A stretch of 27,614 bases of DNA from an uncultured Deinococcaceae bacterium (GCA_964252075.1 CAXULY010000060.1:1-27614), one strand, 5' to 3'. Counted from the stretch's first letter, positions 16,025 to 25,283 are shown. Translations and numbers: made by a program. The notes: generated by a model from the sequence alone, not told the origin.

Positions 16025-16821
16025 GGCGCACCGCCATCCTGCTGGAAGCGCACGTCGTCGCCCTCGATGCGCGCGAGGATGCCGCTGGACATGCGGCTGG
16101 CGAGGGGGTCGGCGGCGCGCTCGTTGCCTTCGGGCGTGAGGGCGCGCGCGGCGGCGTCCGGGTCCTGCTGCGCGGTGAAGACCGTGACCTTGCCGTTCGC
16201 CCAGCGCGCCTCGATCAGCTCGTAGAACGTCTCGTACACGTACTGCGTGGGCTTGAGTTTGTCGATGTCGTCCAGCACCAGCACGTCCCAGTGGTGCAGC
16301 TCCGGGCGGGGCGCGCCGTCGTGCGCGAAGCTGTCCCGCAGCGCCTTGAAGAGGCTCGCCATGCCCCAGAAGCGCATGGTGCGGCCCGCCGCGGCGAGCT
16401 GGCGCGCGGCGGCCACCGCGAGGTGCGTCTTGCCCGTCCCGGCGGGGCCATACAGGTACAGGTTCCCGGCGAGGCCTGCGCGGGCGGTGCGCAGCACGGC
16501 GCGGTTGTGTTCCGTCTCGGTGAGGACGCCCAGGGTGTACGCACGGTACCGCTCGGGCAGCGTCCCGAGGTAATGCGGGAGGGCGTGCTGGCGCTGCCAG
16601 ATGCGGCGCAGCCCGCTGAGGTACGCCTGCTCGCACTCGACCACGCAGTTGCAGTCGTGGGCGAGGTCATTCCAGGTGCGCAGGGCGTACCCGGCGATGG
16701 CGGGCGCGCTGCAGGTGGGGCAGCCGGGCAGGGTGGCGTCCGTCTCGACGGGGCGGGGCTTCACGTCCGCGATGGCGGTCGCGAGGGCGAGCGTCGTCAG
16801 GCCGTTCAGGGGATGCGTCAT
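16021..16821 (-). CDS. DnaC/IstB-like AAA+ helicase loader
   Basis: CPTC..CNC Zn motif, GPAGTGKTHLA, VLVLDDI, YELIEARW; follows the initiator. Confidence 0.92.
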   Translation of the reverse strand: MTHPLNGLTTLALATAIADVKPRPVETDATLPGCPTCSAPAIAGYALRTWNDLAHDCNCVVECEQAYLSGLRRIWQRQHALPHYLGTLPERYRAYTLGVLTETEHNRAVLRTARAGLAGNLYLYGPAGTGKTHLAVAAARQLAAAGRTMRFWGMASLFKALRDSFAHDGAPRPELHHWDVLVLDDIDKLKPTQYVYETFYELIEARWANGKVTVFTAQQDPDAAARALTPEGNERAADPLASRMSSGILARIEGDDVRFQQDGGAP

Positions 16822-17792
16822 GCGTAGTGCCTCCGGCGGGTGCTGGTGGGGCTGGGCGTGGCGTCAGGCGCGGCGTGGCGGCCGGGCGCCAGGGGGACGT
16901 TTCCCGGCCCACCGGACTTCCAGGCGGGCGCGCGCTCCGCGATGGTCTGCGGCGCGAGGTTGCGGGTCCGCCAGGGTTCCTCCCGGCGAATCCACGCGGC
17001 GATCAGGGGAACCTGCTCGGCGGTGTACCTGGCTTTCGCGAGGTCCGTGGCGGCGGGGGCGATGCGGCCCCGCGCGGCCTTCGTGAGGGCGTCCACGCTG
17101 CCGTAGCACGTGACGGCGAGCGCCTCGAAGACCTCCTGCTGCCCGGTGGGCGTCGCGGCGGCGCGCGGAACCTTTGGTCCCGCTTTGGCCGGGCGCGCCG
17201 CCCTGGGGGCTTCGGGCGGGGTGTCCCCTACGGCCACCTCGGGGTCTTCGCCCGCGCCAGCGGGCGCGCCGTCAGGCGCCAGCCCCTCGGCGGTCATGGC
17301 CTGCTCCGCCTCATCCATCCAGGTGTGGTCCTGAACCTCAGGCGCGGCGGGTTCCCGCGCCGTCCCCCCTTGGGGGGTGACGGGGGTGGTGTTCTCTATT
17401 TCTTCCTTTCCTTCTACTTCCTTCTTCTTGTGCTCAGTTATTCCGGAATTGGCGTCTTGTGTTTCTTCGTCCTGGCGCGCGTTTTCGCCTTCTTCGGGGC
17501 GCACGTTTGTACGCGCGTCTTGCGCGAGCGACGTGCGTGCCCCGCGCAGGCAGTACGCATTTCCGTGCGCCTCAGCGTGCCCGTGGGCCACCAGGTGGGC
17601 CAGGGCGATCTGCAGGGCGCGCGGCTGGTACGGCAGGACGTCCATCAGCTGCCCGACCGTCATGGTCTTGCGGGTGTAGTTCGCGCGCTGCGCCAGGCGG
17701 ATGAGCACCCACCCCGCGGCGCCCGGCAGGGTGGGTGCGAGGTCCAGCGCCCAGTTTTCCAGGGTGGTGTAGGTGCCTCTGGCGCGGCTCAT
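16818..17792 (-). CDS. Phage replication initiator (putative)
   Basis: N-terminal wHTH-like region, KKKEVEGKEEIE linker, helical C-terminal domain; coupled to DnaC-like gene. Confidence 0.7.
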   Translation of the reverse strand: MSRARGTYTTLENWALDLAPTLPGAAGWVLIRLAQRANYTRKTMTVGQLMDVLPYQPRALQIALAHLVAHGHAEAHGNAYCLRGARTSLAQDARTNVRPEEGENARQDEETQDANSGITEHKKKEVEGKEEIENTTPVTPQGGTAREPAAPEVQDHTWMDEAEQAMTAEGLAPDGAPAGAGEDPEVAVGDTPPEAPRAARPAKAGPKVPRAAATPTGQQEVFEALAVTCYGSVDALTKAARGRIAPAATDLAKARYTAEQVPLIAAWIRREEPWRTRNLAPQTIAERAPAWKSGGPGNVPLAPGRHAAPDATPSPTSTRRRHYA

Positions 17793-17897
17793 CAGTCCGC
17801 CGCTTCCTGCCGCGTGAGGACCGGGAAGGGACCGCTGGCCCCGCATGCCTTTACCCAAAGCGCAAGTGCGATTGGTCTCAAACCGTTAAGTTGCACA

Positions 17898-18110
17898 ATG
17901 ACCTCGGCAGACGACATCACCGTTCGGGAAGTTGGGCACTCCGCATATGGCGAGTTGATGGTGCTCGAATTGCCAAAGGGGATGCCGCTGCCCCCGGTGC
18001 ATTCGCACTTGACCGTGCACGGACAGACCTTCGGCGTGGTTGGGATTCTCGACCTCGGTGACGGACGTGGCCCTCACCTCCTGGCCTTGAAGCGGGACGG
18101 CGGGATGTAA
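17898..18110 (+). CDS. Small hypothetical protein, paralogue A (70 aa)
   Basis: TAAGTT-5 nt-ATG; shares VVGILD-GDG-GP motif with the next gene. Confidence 0.75.
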   Translation: MTSADDITVREVGHSAYGELMVLELPKGMPLPPVHSHLTVHGQTFGVVGILDLGDGRGPHLLALKRDGGM

Positions 18111-18230
18111 CTGGCCCTCAATGGCGCCTTTGACGCCGGTTTGCCTCGGCCCTTTGCACACGCCGGTCGCCCGAAGGGCATTGGTGCGAGATGTGCTGGT
18201 CACGGACGCCAAGTCATTACAGGGAGGGAC

Positions 18231-18458
18231 ATGACAAGACAAGTGGTGGTTGATGCGCGGCCCATCGCGTCGGAGAAGGCGTCGGAGCTGGTGACCCTGG
18301 AACTGCTGAAAAACGAGTCGGTGCCGGGCATCGGTGAGCGCTTGACCTTCAATCGACGCGCCTATCTGGTGGTGGGCATCTTGGACTACGGCGATGGGCA
18401 TGGCCCGATTGCGCTGGCCGTGCTGGACACCGAAGAGGCCGAGCAAGCCCTGAGCTGA
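18231..18458 (+). CDS. Small hypothetical protein, paralogue B (75 aa)
   Basis: GGGAGG RBS; similarity to 17898..18110. Confidence 0.75.
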   Translation: MTRQVVVDARPIASEKASELVTLELLKNESVPGIGERLTFNRRAYLVVGILDYGDGHGPIALAVLDTEEAEQALS

Positions 18459-18466
18459 ACGGAGAC

Positions 18467-18763
18467 TCACATCAGCCTCCCCTGAGCGCTGTCCGGCTGG
18501 AGGATCAGGTAGTGCTTTGGGCCGAACGTGGAGAGGTGCGGGCCGACGACCTTCGCACCCTCCCAGCCCGCATCGCGCGCCACGATGTTCACCTCTAGCA
18601 TGCTCGGCACGGTGTCCTCCGTTCGGCTGCAGCTGATGATCAGGCGCCCGGTGCATTTCACGCGCCCGACCTTCACGTGCAGGCCGCGCGGCAGGGTGGT
18701 GTCGAGGTGCTCGCCGGGCTGCACGCGCGCCATGAAGTCCGCGAGGGTGGCGGCGAGGGTCAC
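18467..18763 (-). CDS. Phage hypothetical (98 aa)
   Basis: GTG start overlaps the antirepressor stop. Confidence 0.65.
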   Translation of the reverse strand: MTLAATLADFMARVQPGEHLDTTLPRGLHVKVGRVKCTGRLIISCSRTEDTVPSMLEVNIVARDAGWEGAKVVGPHLSTFGPKHYLILQPDSAQGRLM

Positions 18764-19096
18764 GCAGGCCGCCCGAGGGGCAGCAGGCCCTGCTTCTCCA
18801 TGCTGCGCTGCAGCCACGCGAGGCCGCCGGGCGTCACGCGGGTGGTGTAGCTGATGCGCGGGCCTTCGCCACTCGGGCGGGACCGCGTGATGACCGTGAA
18901 GTACCCGGCGTCGACGTACCGCTGGTACGGCACGTTGTGGTGCTCCACCCCGCTGCGCGCGCCGTCCATCAGGATCTGCCGCTCACGCAGCAGCTTGAAT
19001 AGCCGCACCTCACCGGTCCCGAGGATCTTCGCGGCGTCCGCGACGCTGTAGCTGCCGTCCGCGCTCATCAGCGAGTCGTACTGGGTGGCCTTCGCG
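18760..19096 (-). pseudogene. Phage antirepressor KilAC (ANT) domain, N-terminally truncated
   Basis: AKATQYDSLMSADGSYSVADAAKILGTGEVRLFKLLRE...PYQRYVDAGYF...TTRVTPGG; domain-like sequence extends upstream of the first ATG, then meets unrelated sequence and a TAG. Confidence 0.8.
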
Positions 19097-19183
19097 ACCC
19101 TGTTGGGGAGTTCCAGCGGGGCGCTGCAGATGGTCTACAGGGGTGATGCAGGGGTGGAGCCGCCGGAGGAGGATGCGGGCTAA
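19094..19183 (+). pseudogene. C-terminal stub of a lost + strand gene (integrase position)
   Basis: Open frame ATLLGSSSGALQMVYRGDAGVEPPEEDAG* ends 4 nt before the terminator; identity inferred from position only. Confidence 0.35.
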
Positions 19184-19187
19184 AAGG

Positions 19188-19213
19188 AAAAACCGCTCTA
19201 GGAGCGGTTTTTT

Positions 19214-19214
<1 letters not shown>
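19188..19214. terminator. Bidirectional intrinsic terminator
   Basis: AAAAACCGCTC-tag-GAGCGGTTTTTTT immediately 3' of tRNA-Val. Confidence 0.9.
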
Positions 19215-19288
<74 letters not shown>

Positions 19289-19293
19289 GTGTC

Positions 19294-19367
<74 letters not shown>

Positions 19368-19400
19368 ACTGTGCGAGGGGCCTGGCTCCCAGCGGAGTGA

Positions 19401-19429
19401 ATGTTAGCACGCACCCCATCGACTGTAAA
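19401..19429 (-). promoter_or_regulatory. Sigma70-type promoter of the tRNA pair
   Basis: TTTACA-17 bp-TAACAT. Confidence 0.7.
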
Positions 19430-19469
19430 GCCTGACCCGCGACCGTGCACGCGGCGTACACTTTTCCCG

Positions 19470-20333
19470 ATGCGCGGCCTGATGTGGGTGGTGGCGGTGG
19501 TGCTGCTGGCGGCGTGCGCGCCGAGGTCGGCGTCCGGGAATGCGTTCATCACGGGGCGGCCGTGGATTCTGGCGCACCAGGGCGGCGAGGCCCTGTGGCC
19601 GAGCAACACCCTGCTGGCTTTCCGGGAGTCCGCGCGCCTGGGCGTGGACATGCTGGACACCGACATGCATGCCACGCGCGATGGCGTGCTGGTGCTGTCG
19701 CACGATGACAGCGTGGATCGCCTGACGGACGGGCACGGCCGCATCCGTGACCTGACGTTCGCGCAGCTTGGGCGGCTGGACGCCGGGTACCGCTTCACGC
19801 AGGACGGCGTGACCTTCCCGTACCGAGGGCGTGGCCTGCGGGTGCCGTCGCTGGATGAGGCGCTCGCGGCCTTCCCGAACATCCCGTGGACCATTGAGAT
19901 CAAGCAGGACGCGCCGAGCGTCGCGGCGCCGTTCTGCGCGAGCCTGAGGCGGCATGGGGTGACGCGGCGGGTGATCGTGGCGAGCTTCAGTGACCGCGCC
20001 ATGAGGGACTTTCGCGCGGCGTGCCCGGAGGTGGCGACCAGCATGACGGAGCGCGAGTTGCGCCCGCTGGTGCTGCTCGGGAAGGTGGGGCTGGGTGGAC
20101 TGGCGCGCGCGCCGGGGCGGGCGGCGCAGGTGCCGCCGTCGTCCGGGCCGCTCACGGTGGTGACGCGGGGCTTCGTGCGAGCCCTGCACGCGCGGGGCGT
20201 GGCGGTGCACGTGTGGACCATCAACGACCCGGCGGAGATGCGGCGCCTGCTGGACCTGGGCGTGGACGGCCTCGACACGGACCGACCGGACCTCATGAAG
20301 GCCGTGCTGACCGAGCGTCAGGGGGCGCGCTAG
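19470..20333 (+). CDS. Glycerophosphodiester phosphodiesterase family protein (lipoprotein signal)
   Basis: AHQGG, PSNTL, DMHATRDGVLVLSHD, IEIK, VWTIND, GVDGLDTDRPD; TACACT-7 nt-ATG 19470. Confidence 0.93.
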   Translation: MRGLMWVVAVVLLAACAPRSASGNAFITGRPWILAHQGGEALWPSNTLLAFRESARLGVDMLDTDMHATRDGVLVLSHDDSVDRLTDGHGRIRDLTFAQLGRLDAGYRFTQDGVTFPYRGRGLRVPSLDEALAAFPNIPWTIEIKQDAPSVAAPFCASLRRHGVTRRVIVASFSDRAMRDFRAACPEVATSMTERELRPLVLLGKVGLGGLARAPGRAAQVPPSSGPLTVVTRGFVRALHARGVAVHVWTINDPAEMRRLLDLGVDGLDTDRPDLMKAVLTERQGAR

Positions 20334-20389
20334 ACCCGGTGGGCTCACGGCGTGGCGGCGCGCGGGCCATTCGTTGTTAAGGTGTGGGC

Positions 20390-20701
20390 ATGAGCGAGCC
20401 GACTTCCCAAGTGACGGATCACCCGGACGAGCAGCAGTTCCAGTTGAGCGTGGGTGGGCAGGTGGCGTTCATTGAGTACCGCATGGTGGGCGGCGCGGTG
20501 CTGATGTCGCACACCGAGGTGCCGGAGTCCCTGGAGGGTCAGGGCGTGGGGAGCGCGCTCGTGCGCGGCGCGCTGGACATGGTGCGGGCGCGCGGGCAGC
20601 AGGTGGTGCCCATGTGCCCCTTCGTGGTGGCCTTCATGAAGCGCCACCACGAGTACGTGGACCTCGTGCAGCCGGGGCAGCGCGGCGTGTTCGGGCTCTG
20701 A
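20390..20701 (+). CDS. GNAT family acetyltransferase (YjdJ-like)
   Basis: HTEVPESLEGQGVGSAL, VVPMCPFV; TAAGGT-6 nt-ATG. Confidence 0.92.
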   Translation: MSEPTSQVTDHPDEQQFQLSVGGQVAFIEYRMVGGAVLMSHTEVPESLEGQGVGSALVRGALDMVRARGQQVVPMCPFVVAFMKRHHEYVDLVQPGQRGVFGL

Positions 20702-20742
20702 ATTCACGTTCTTCCCTCGTGTCCTGAAGGCCCGGAGGTTCC

Positions 20743-23211
20743 ATGACCATGCAGACCAGCACCGCTGACCTTGAGGCCCTGCTCGATGCACTCACGCTGG
20801 AGGAGCAGGTGGCGCTCCTGGCGGGCGCGGACTTCTGGACGACCGTCGCCATCCCGCGCGTGGGCGTGCCGCCGCTGAAGGTGTCGGACGGCCCGGCGGG
20901 CGCGCGGGGTGGCGGCACGCTGGTGGGTGGGCGGCCCACGGCGGCCTTCCCGGTGGGCATCGCGCTCGGCGCGAGCTGGAACGTGGCGCTCGTGCAGGAG
21001 GTGGGCGAACACCTCGCCCGGGAGGCGCTGGGCAAGGGCGCGGGCGTGCTGCTGGCGCCCACCATCAACCTGTTTCGCAGCAGCGTGAACGGCCGGAATT
21101 TTGAGGCGTACAGCGAGGACCCGCGCCTCACGGGGGCGCTCGCGGTGGCGTACGTGCGGGGCCTGCAGTCGCGCGGCGTGGCCGCGACCGTGAAGCACTT
21201 CGTGGGGAACGAGTCGGAGTTCGAGCGCGGCACGATCAGCAGCGACATTCCGGAGCGGGCGCTGCGCGAGCTGTACCTGCGGCCCTTCGAGATGGCCGTG
21301 AAGGACGGCGGCGCGTGGGCGGTGATGAGCGCGTACAACAAGCTGAACGGCACGTACTGCAGCGAGGACCCACGCCTGCTCACGGACATCCTGCGGCGCG
21401 GGTGGGGCTTCGATGGACTCGTGATGAGTGACTGGGGCGGCACGCACAGCGCGGGCGAGAGCGTCCGGGCGGGCCTGGACCTGGAGATGCCCGGCCCCGC
21501 GCGGGCGCGCGCGGGCCTGCTGCAGGAGGCGCGGGAGGACGACGCGACGCGGCGGGCGGTGCGCGCGGCGGCGGGGAACGTGCTGCGCCTCATCGCGCGC
21601 ACGGGCACCCTGGACGCGCCGCGCGACGTGAGCGTGGAGGCCGAGCGCGCGGACGAGGACCCCAGCACCCGCGCGCTGATCCGCCGGGCGGGCGCCGAGG
21701 GCATGGTGCTCCTGAAGAACGACGGGGGCCTGCTGCCGCTGCCGGAGGGCGCAAGCGTCGCGGTGATCGGCCCGAACGGCGCGCAGGCGCGCATCATGGG
21801 CGGCGGCAGCGCGCAGATGCACGCGCACCGCGCGGTGTCGCCCCTGCAGGGCCTCACGGAGGCGCTCGGTGAGGCGCGCGTGACCTTCGCGGTGGGGTGC
21901 GACAACGACCGCTTCCTGCCCGTACTGGACGCGCCGCTGCACGTCACGTACCGCGCGCCGGGCGACGCCGCGACGCTGGCCGAGGAGACGCACCCGGGCG
22001 GCGAGAAGATGTGGTTCGGGCTGCCCGACGGCGTGCCACGGGACTTCGCCGCGACCCTGAGCGCCGAGGTGAGCGTCCCGGAGGACGACCGCTACGCGCT
22101 GAGCCTCATCAGCGCGGGCCGCTCGCGCCTCCACGTGGATGGCGAGGTGGTGCTGGACAACTGGTCGGACTGGGCGCCCGGCCACACGTACTTCGGGTTC
22201 GGGAGTGACGAGCGGCGCGTCACGCTGCCCCTCACGCGCGGGGTGCACCGCCTGGAGGTGGAGTTCGAGCCCGCCGACCACGAGAACGGCACGGCGAGCT
22301 TGCGCGCGGTGCGGATGGGCTTCGCGCGCCCATTGCCGGAAGGCAGCGTGCAGGAAGCGGCGGACATCGCCGCACGTGCGGACTACGCGGTGGTGTGCGT
22401 CGGCACAAACGGCGACTGGGAGACGGAGGGCGTGGACCGCTGGGGCCTGGACCTGCCCGGGCGGCAGAATGAACTGGTGCGCGCCGTGCGCGCCGCGAAC
22501 CCCCGCACGGTCGTGCTGCTCCAGACGGGCGGCCCGGTCCTCACGCCGTGGCTGGACGAGGTGCCCGCCGTGCTGCAGGCGTGGTTCCCCGGTCAGGAGG
22601 CGGGGCACGCGGTCGCGGACGTGCTGCTGGGCCGCGCGGAGCCCTCCGGGCGCCTCCCACAGACGTTCCCCGCCCGACTGGCGGACGACCCCACCCGGCC
22701 GGACGTGCCGGACCTGCAGTACCCGGGGGAAGGTGGGCACGTGGCGTACCGGGAGGGGCTGTTCATCGGGTACCGGCACGTGGACCGCGCGGGCACGACG
22801 CCGCTCTTCCCTTTCGGCTTCGGGCTGTCGTACACACGCTTCGCGCTGTCCGACCTGCGCGTGCCCGAGACCGTGCAGCCGGGCGCGCCCTTCCACGCGA
22901 CGGTGCGGGTGCGCAACACCGGGGAGCGCGCCGGTCAGACGGTGGTGCAACTGTACCTGCATGACGACGCGGCAAGCGTGGAGCGGCCGGAGAAGGAACT
23001 CGTGGCCTTCACGAAGGTGACGCTGGAGCCGGGCGACGAGCGGACCGTGACCCTGCCCCTCGACATGCGCTCACTGGCGTTCTTCGATGACGCGCGGCAG
23101 ACGTGGCGGGCGGAGGCGGGCGACTTCACGCTGCTCGCGGGCGAGAGCAGCGCGAGCCTGCCCCTGAGGGTCGCGTTCCGACTCTCGCAGGAGTGGACCG
23201 AGCCCGCCTGA
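20743..23211 (+). CDS. GH3 beta-glucosidase with PA14-like insert and Fn3-like C-terminal domain
   Basis: SDGPAG, GRNFEAYSEDP, VKHF, VMSDWG nucleophile motif, YREGLFIGYRH, PFGFGLSYT. Confidence 0.95.
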   Translation: MTMQTSTADLEALLDALTLEEQVALLAGADFWTTVAIPRVGVPPLKVSDGPAGARGGGTLVGGRPTAAFPVGIALGASWNVALVQEVGEHLAREALGKGAGVLLAPTINLFRSSVNGRNFEAYSEDPRLTGALAVAYVRGLQSRGVAATVKHFVGNESEFERGTISSDIPERALRELYLRPFEMAVKDGGAWAVMSAYNKLNGTYCSEDPRLLTDILRRGWGFDGLVMSDWGGTHSAGESVRAGLDLEMPGPARARAGLLQEAREDDATRRAVRAAAGNVLRLIARTGTLDAPRDVSVEAERADEDPSTRALIRRAGAEGMVLLKNDGGLLPLPEGASVAVIGPNGAQARIMGGGSAQMHAHRAVSPLQGLTEALGEARVTFAVGCDNDRFLPVLDAPLHVTYRAPGDAATLAEETHPGGEKMWFGLPDGVPRDFAATLSAEVSVPEDDRYALSLISAGRSRLHVDGEVVLDNWSDWAPGHTYFGFGSDERRVTLPLTRGVHRLEVEFEPADHENGTASLRAVRMGFARPLPEGSVQEAADIAARADYAVVCVGTNGDWETEGVDRWGLDLPGRQNELVRAVRAANPRTVVLLQTGGPVLTPWLDEVPAVLQAWFPGQEAGHAVADVLLGRAEPSGRLPQTFPARLADDPTRPDVPDLQYPGEGGHVAYREGLFIGYRHVDRAGTTPLFPFGFGLSYTRFALSDLRVPETVQPGAPFHATVRVRNTGERAGQTVVQLYLHDDAASVERPEKELVAFTKVTLEPGDERTVTLPLDMRSLAFFDDARQTWRAEAGDFTLLAGESSASLPLRVAFRLSQEWTEPA

Positions 23212-23229
23212 CCGCGGGGTGACGGTCTG

Positions 23230-23262
23230 TGAGGGGCTGGCCCGGATTGGGCCAGCCCCTCA
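23230..23262 (+). terminator. Hairpin after the GH3 gene
   Basis: TGAGGGGCTGGCCC-ggatt-GGGCCAGCCCCTCA. Confidence 0.7.
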
Positions 23263-23264
23263 GC

Positions 23265-23304
23265 TTGACAGACTCACTCCCTTGTCTCACTATGTAGGCA
23301 CATA
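23265..23304 (+). promoter_or_regulatory. PadR-operon promoter with palindromic operator
   Basis: TTGACA-17 bp-CACTAT; TATGT-AGGC-ACATA at 23291-23304. Confidence 0.65.
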
Positions 23305-23315
23305 AAGGAGTAAGC

Positions 23316-23642
23316 ATGAATGGCGACACCCTGCGCGGCCACCTCGACCTGATACTCCTCGCCACCCTCGAAGGCGGCCCCCTCTACGGCGTGCGCCTCA
23401 TCCAGGACGTCGAGCAGCGCACCGACGGCCACTTCCGCTTCAAGGAGGGCACCCTCTACCCCGCCCTCCACCGCCTGGAGAAGGCCGGACTCATCACCGC
23501 CCAGCTGCAGCCCAGCGACATCGGCGGCCCACCCCGCAAGTACTACTCGCTCACCGAACGCGGGCGGGATGACCTGAAGCGCCGCCAGAAGGACTGGCAG
23601 GACTTCAGCCGCGCCATGCGGGCCTTCGGAGGTGAAGCGTGA
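23316..23642 (+). CDS. PadR family transcriptional regulator
   Basis: LRGHLDLILL, YG..L, EGTLYPALHRLEKAGLI, RKYYSLTERG. Confidence 0.95.
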   Translation: MNGDTLRGHLDLILLATLEGGPLYGVRLIQDVEQRTDGHFRFKEGTLYPALHRLEKAGLITAQLQPSDIGGPPRKYYSLTERGRDDLKRRQKDWQDFSRAMRAFGGEA

Positions 23643-24811
23643 ACGCCACCGAACAGTACCTGAAGCGCGCCACCCGGGGCCTGTGGGGCGCGCGCCGCCT
23701 CCAGGTGCGTCAGGAACTGGAGAGCCACCTCTTCGAACGCACCCGGCAGCTGATGCTGATGGGCCTGAGCGAAGCGGACGCCCAGCGGACGGTCCTGCGA
23801 GAACTGGGCGCCCCGGACGCCGTGAGCCGGGGCATGGCGGGCGTGTACACCCTTTCCGCCCTCACGCCCGCCCTGACCCTCACGCTGCTCCTGGGCGGCG
23901 CCGGGCTCATCGCCAACAGGGCGTTCGCGCAGGTGCGGGTGCCCGTCCCGGTGCTGAACCGCCAGGACGGCACGAACCCGACCGCCGTGTACATCAGCCT
24001 GCGCGCCCTGCGCGCCGCGTTCGCGAAAGCGGGGGTGCGCATGACCGGACCGGACGACCGCCCCACCCTGAGCGCCGCCGGGCTCAAGACGATCACCCTG
24101 CGCCTCGGCCAAACGGGACCCGGCAGGTATGACGCCTACGCCACCGGTCAGCTGTATCCGGGCTTCGACTTTGCCAGGCAGGTGGGCCAGCCGTACGTGG
24201 ACGCCGCCTCCCTCGCCACGCTTGCCGCCGAGCAGGGCTGGCCCGTGCGCGTCCGTGGCTGGAGCGCACCGACACTCACGATTGGCCCCGCCGTGCTGGA
24301 ACTCAGGGGGGAGCACAGCGCCGAGCACCTGTACACCCTGGAAGCCACGAACCGCGTGTTCGGCGGGGCATGCACCTCACGCACCATCACCCTGAAGGGC
24401 ACCAGCGTCATCAGCGAGGGGTACGGCGGCATTCCCGGCTACGGGACGCATACCCTGCCCCGCTCCCCCGCGCGGCCCGGTGCGGTGTACGCGCTCGCCC
24501 TGCCGTTTCGCAGCGACGCCGCCGTATCCTGGACGTTCAACACCTTCTACGTCGCGGTCGCGCAGGCGGGACCGAACGGACGGCTGGTGTTCAAGCTCCC
24601 CGAAGCCGCGCAGCACCTGAAGTTCGTGACGCGCCTGGACGACACCACGGGGGACTTCCCCAGGCTCAAGGCTGGCACACCCACGTACCAGGACCCTGCC
24701 GTGCGCGGTCAGGCCATCCTGTTCCCGCTGAACGGCACGCTCGGCGGTGACGTCAGCTGCCAGCAGACGCCCTCACCGCTGAGCTTCACGGGAACCAGTG
24801 ACCGCCAGTGA
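23639..24811 (+). CDS. Permease-prefix/HAAS-type domain membrane protein
   Basis: YL....GL......VRQELESHL......GLSE..A......LG-P-V N-terminal domain, one TM segment; coupled to padR. Confidence 0.8.
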   Translation: MNATEQYLKRATRGLWGARRLQVRQELESHLFERTRQLMLMGLSEADAQRTVLRELGAPDAVSRGMAGVYTLSALTPALTLTLLLGGAGLIANRAFAQVRVPVPVLNRQDGTNPTAVYISLRALRAAFAKAGVRMTGPDDRPTLSAAGLKTITLRLGQTGPGRYDAYATGQLYPGFDFARQVGQPYVDAASLATLAAEQGWPVRVRGWSAPTLTIGPAVLELRGEHSAEHLYTLEATNRVFGGACTSRTITLKGTSVISEGYGGIPGYGTHTLPRSPARPGAVYALALPFRSDAAVSWTFNTFYVAVAQAGPNGRLVFKLPEAAQHLKFVTRLDDTTGDFPRLKAGTPTYQDPAVRGQAILFPLNGTLGGDVSCQQTPSPLSFTGTSDRQ

Positions 24812-24827
24812 GTGCCCCGCCGCTCCC

Positions 24828-25283
24828 TCAGTGCAGTTGCCGGGTGGCCTGACCCGAAGACCCGCCGTACCGCCGCTCCAGTTCCGCCTGCACTTCGGGC
24901 GAGGGCTGCTCCGGTGCGGCTCGTTCTGTCTCCGCGCCCGCCTGCCAGTCCGTCAGGGTGAACGCGGTGAGGACCGTGCCCAGCAGACCCGCGAAGTACG
25001 CGCGCTCCCGCGTCGTGGTGAATGCCCCCATGAGGAGCGGCAGGCCGATCAGGGCGGGCGCCGTCCCCAGTTCAATCGCGCCGTGCAGCGGGAAGGGAAT
25101 GACCTTGGCGAGGCCGAGCGGCATGCGCGTAAGCGCACTCACGCCCAGGTACATGCCCGCGAAGGCGTAGGAAAGTGTGCGCGCCGGACCGTTGAGGCCC
25201 AGCAGACTCGGCGCGGCGAGCATGAAGGCCACGCTCCCGTAATCCAGGACGCCGTGGCTGAAGGGGGTAATGGGCTTTTTCAT
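24828..25283 (-). CDS. Membrane protein (SPW-repeat-like)
   Basis: Two HGVLDY/HGAIE repeats with four hydrophobic segments. Confidence 0.75.
   Translation of the reverse strand: MKKPITPFSHGVLDYGSVAFMLAAPSLLGLNGPARTLSYAFAGMYLGVSALTRMPLGLAKVIPFPLHGAIELGTAPALIGLPLLMGAFTTTRERAYFAGLLGTVLTAFTLTDWQAGAETERAAPEQPSPEVQAELERRYGGSSGQATRQLH

Larger units (their letters stand above)
1..19213. mobile_element. Defective or head-only prophage-like element next to tRNA-Val; left boundary not visible
   Basis: Minus-strand order ant-rep-DnaC-terS-terL-portal-minor head-scaffold-decoration-capsid with frequent stop/start overlaps; ends at the terminator 3' of tRNA-Val. No integrase, tail or endolysin gene in the window. 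Confidence 0.9.

Noticed and set aside
16021..16821. IS21 IstB helper
   Set aside because: No IstA transposase or terminal repeats; Zn motif and coupling to an initiator fit a phage DnaC-like loader.
13640..18110. Extended ORF-track starts (13933, 15527, 16636, 17858, 16827)
   Set aside because: Extensions overlap other real genes; shorter starts are supported by stop/start coupling, RBS or -10 spacing.
19096..19115. GACCCTGTTGGGGAG as an IS terminal inverted repeat
   Set aside because: No partner end, target duplication or transposase; a gene C-terminal stub explains it as well.
20634..22962. Long - strand ORFs opposite the GH3 gene
   Set aside because: Shadow ORFs with Arg/Ala/Pro-rich composition.
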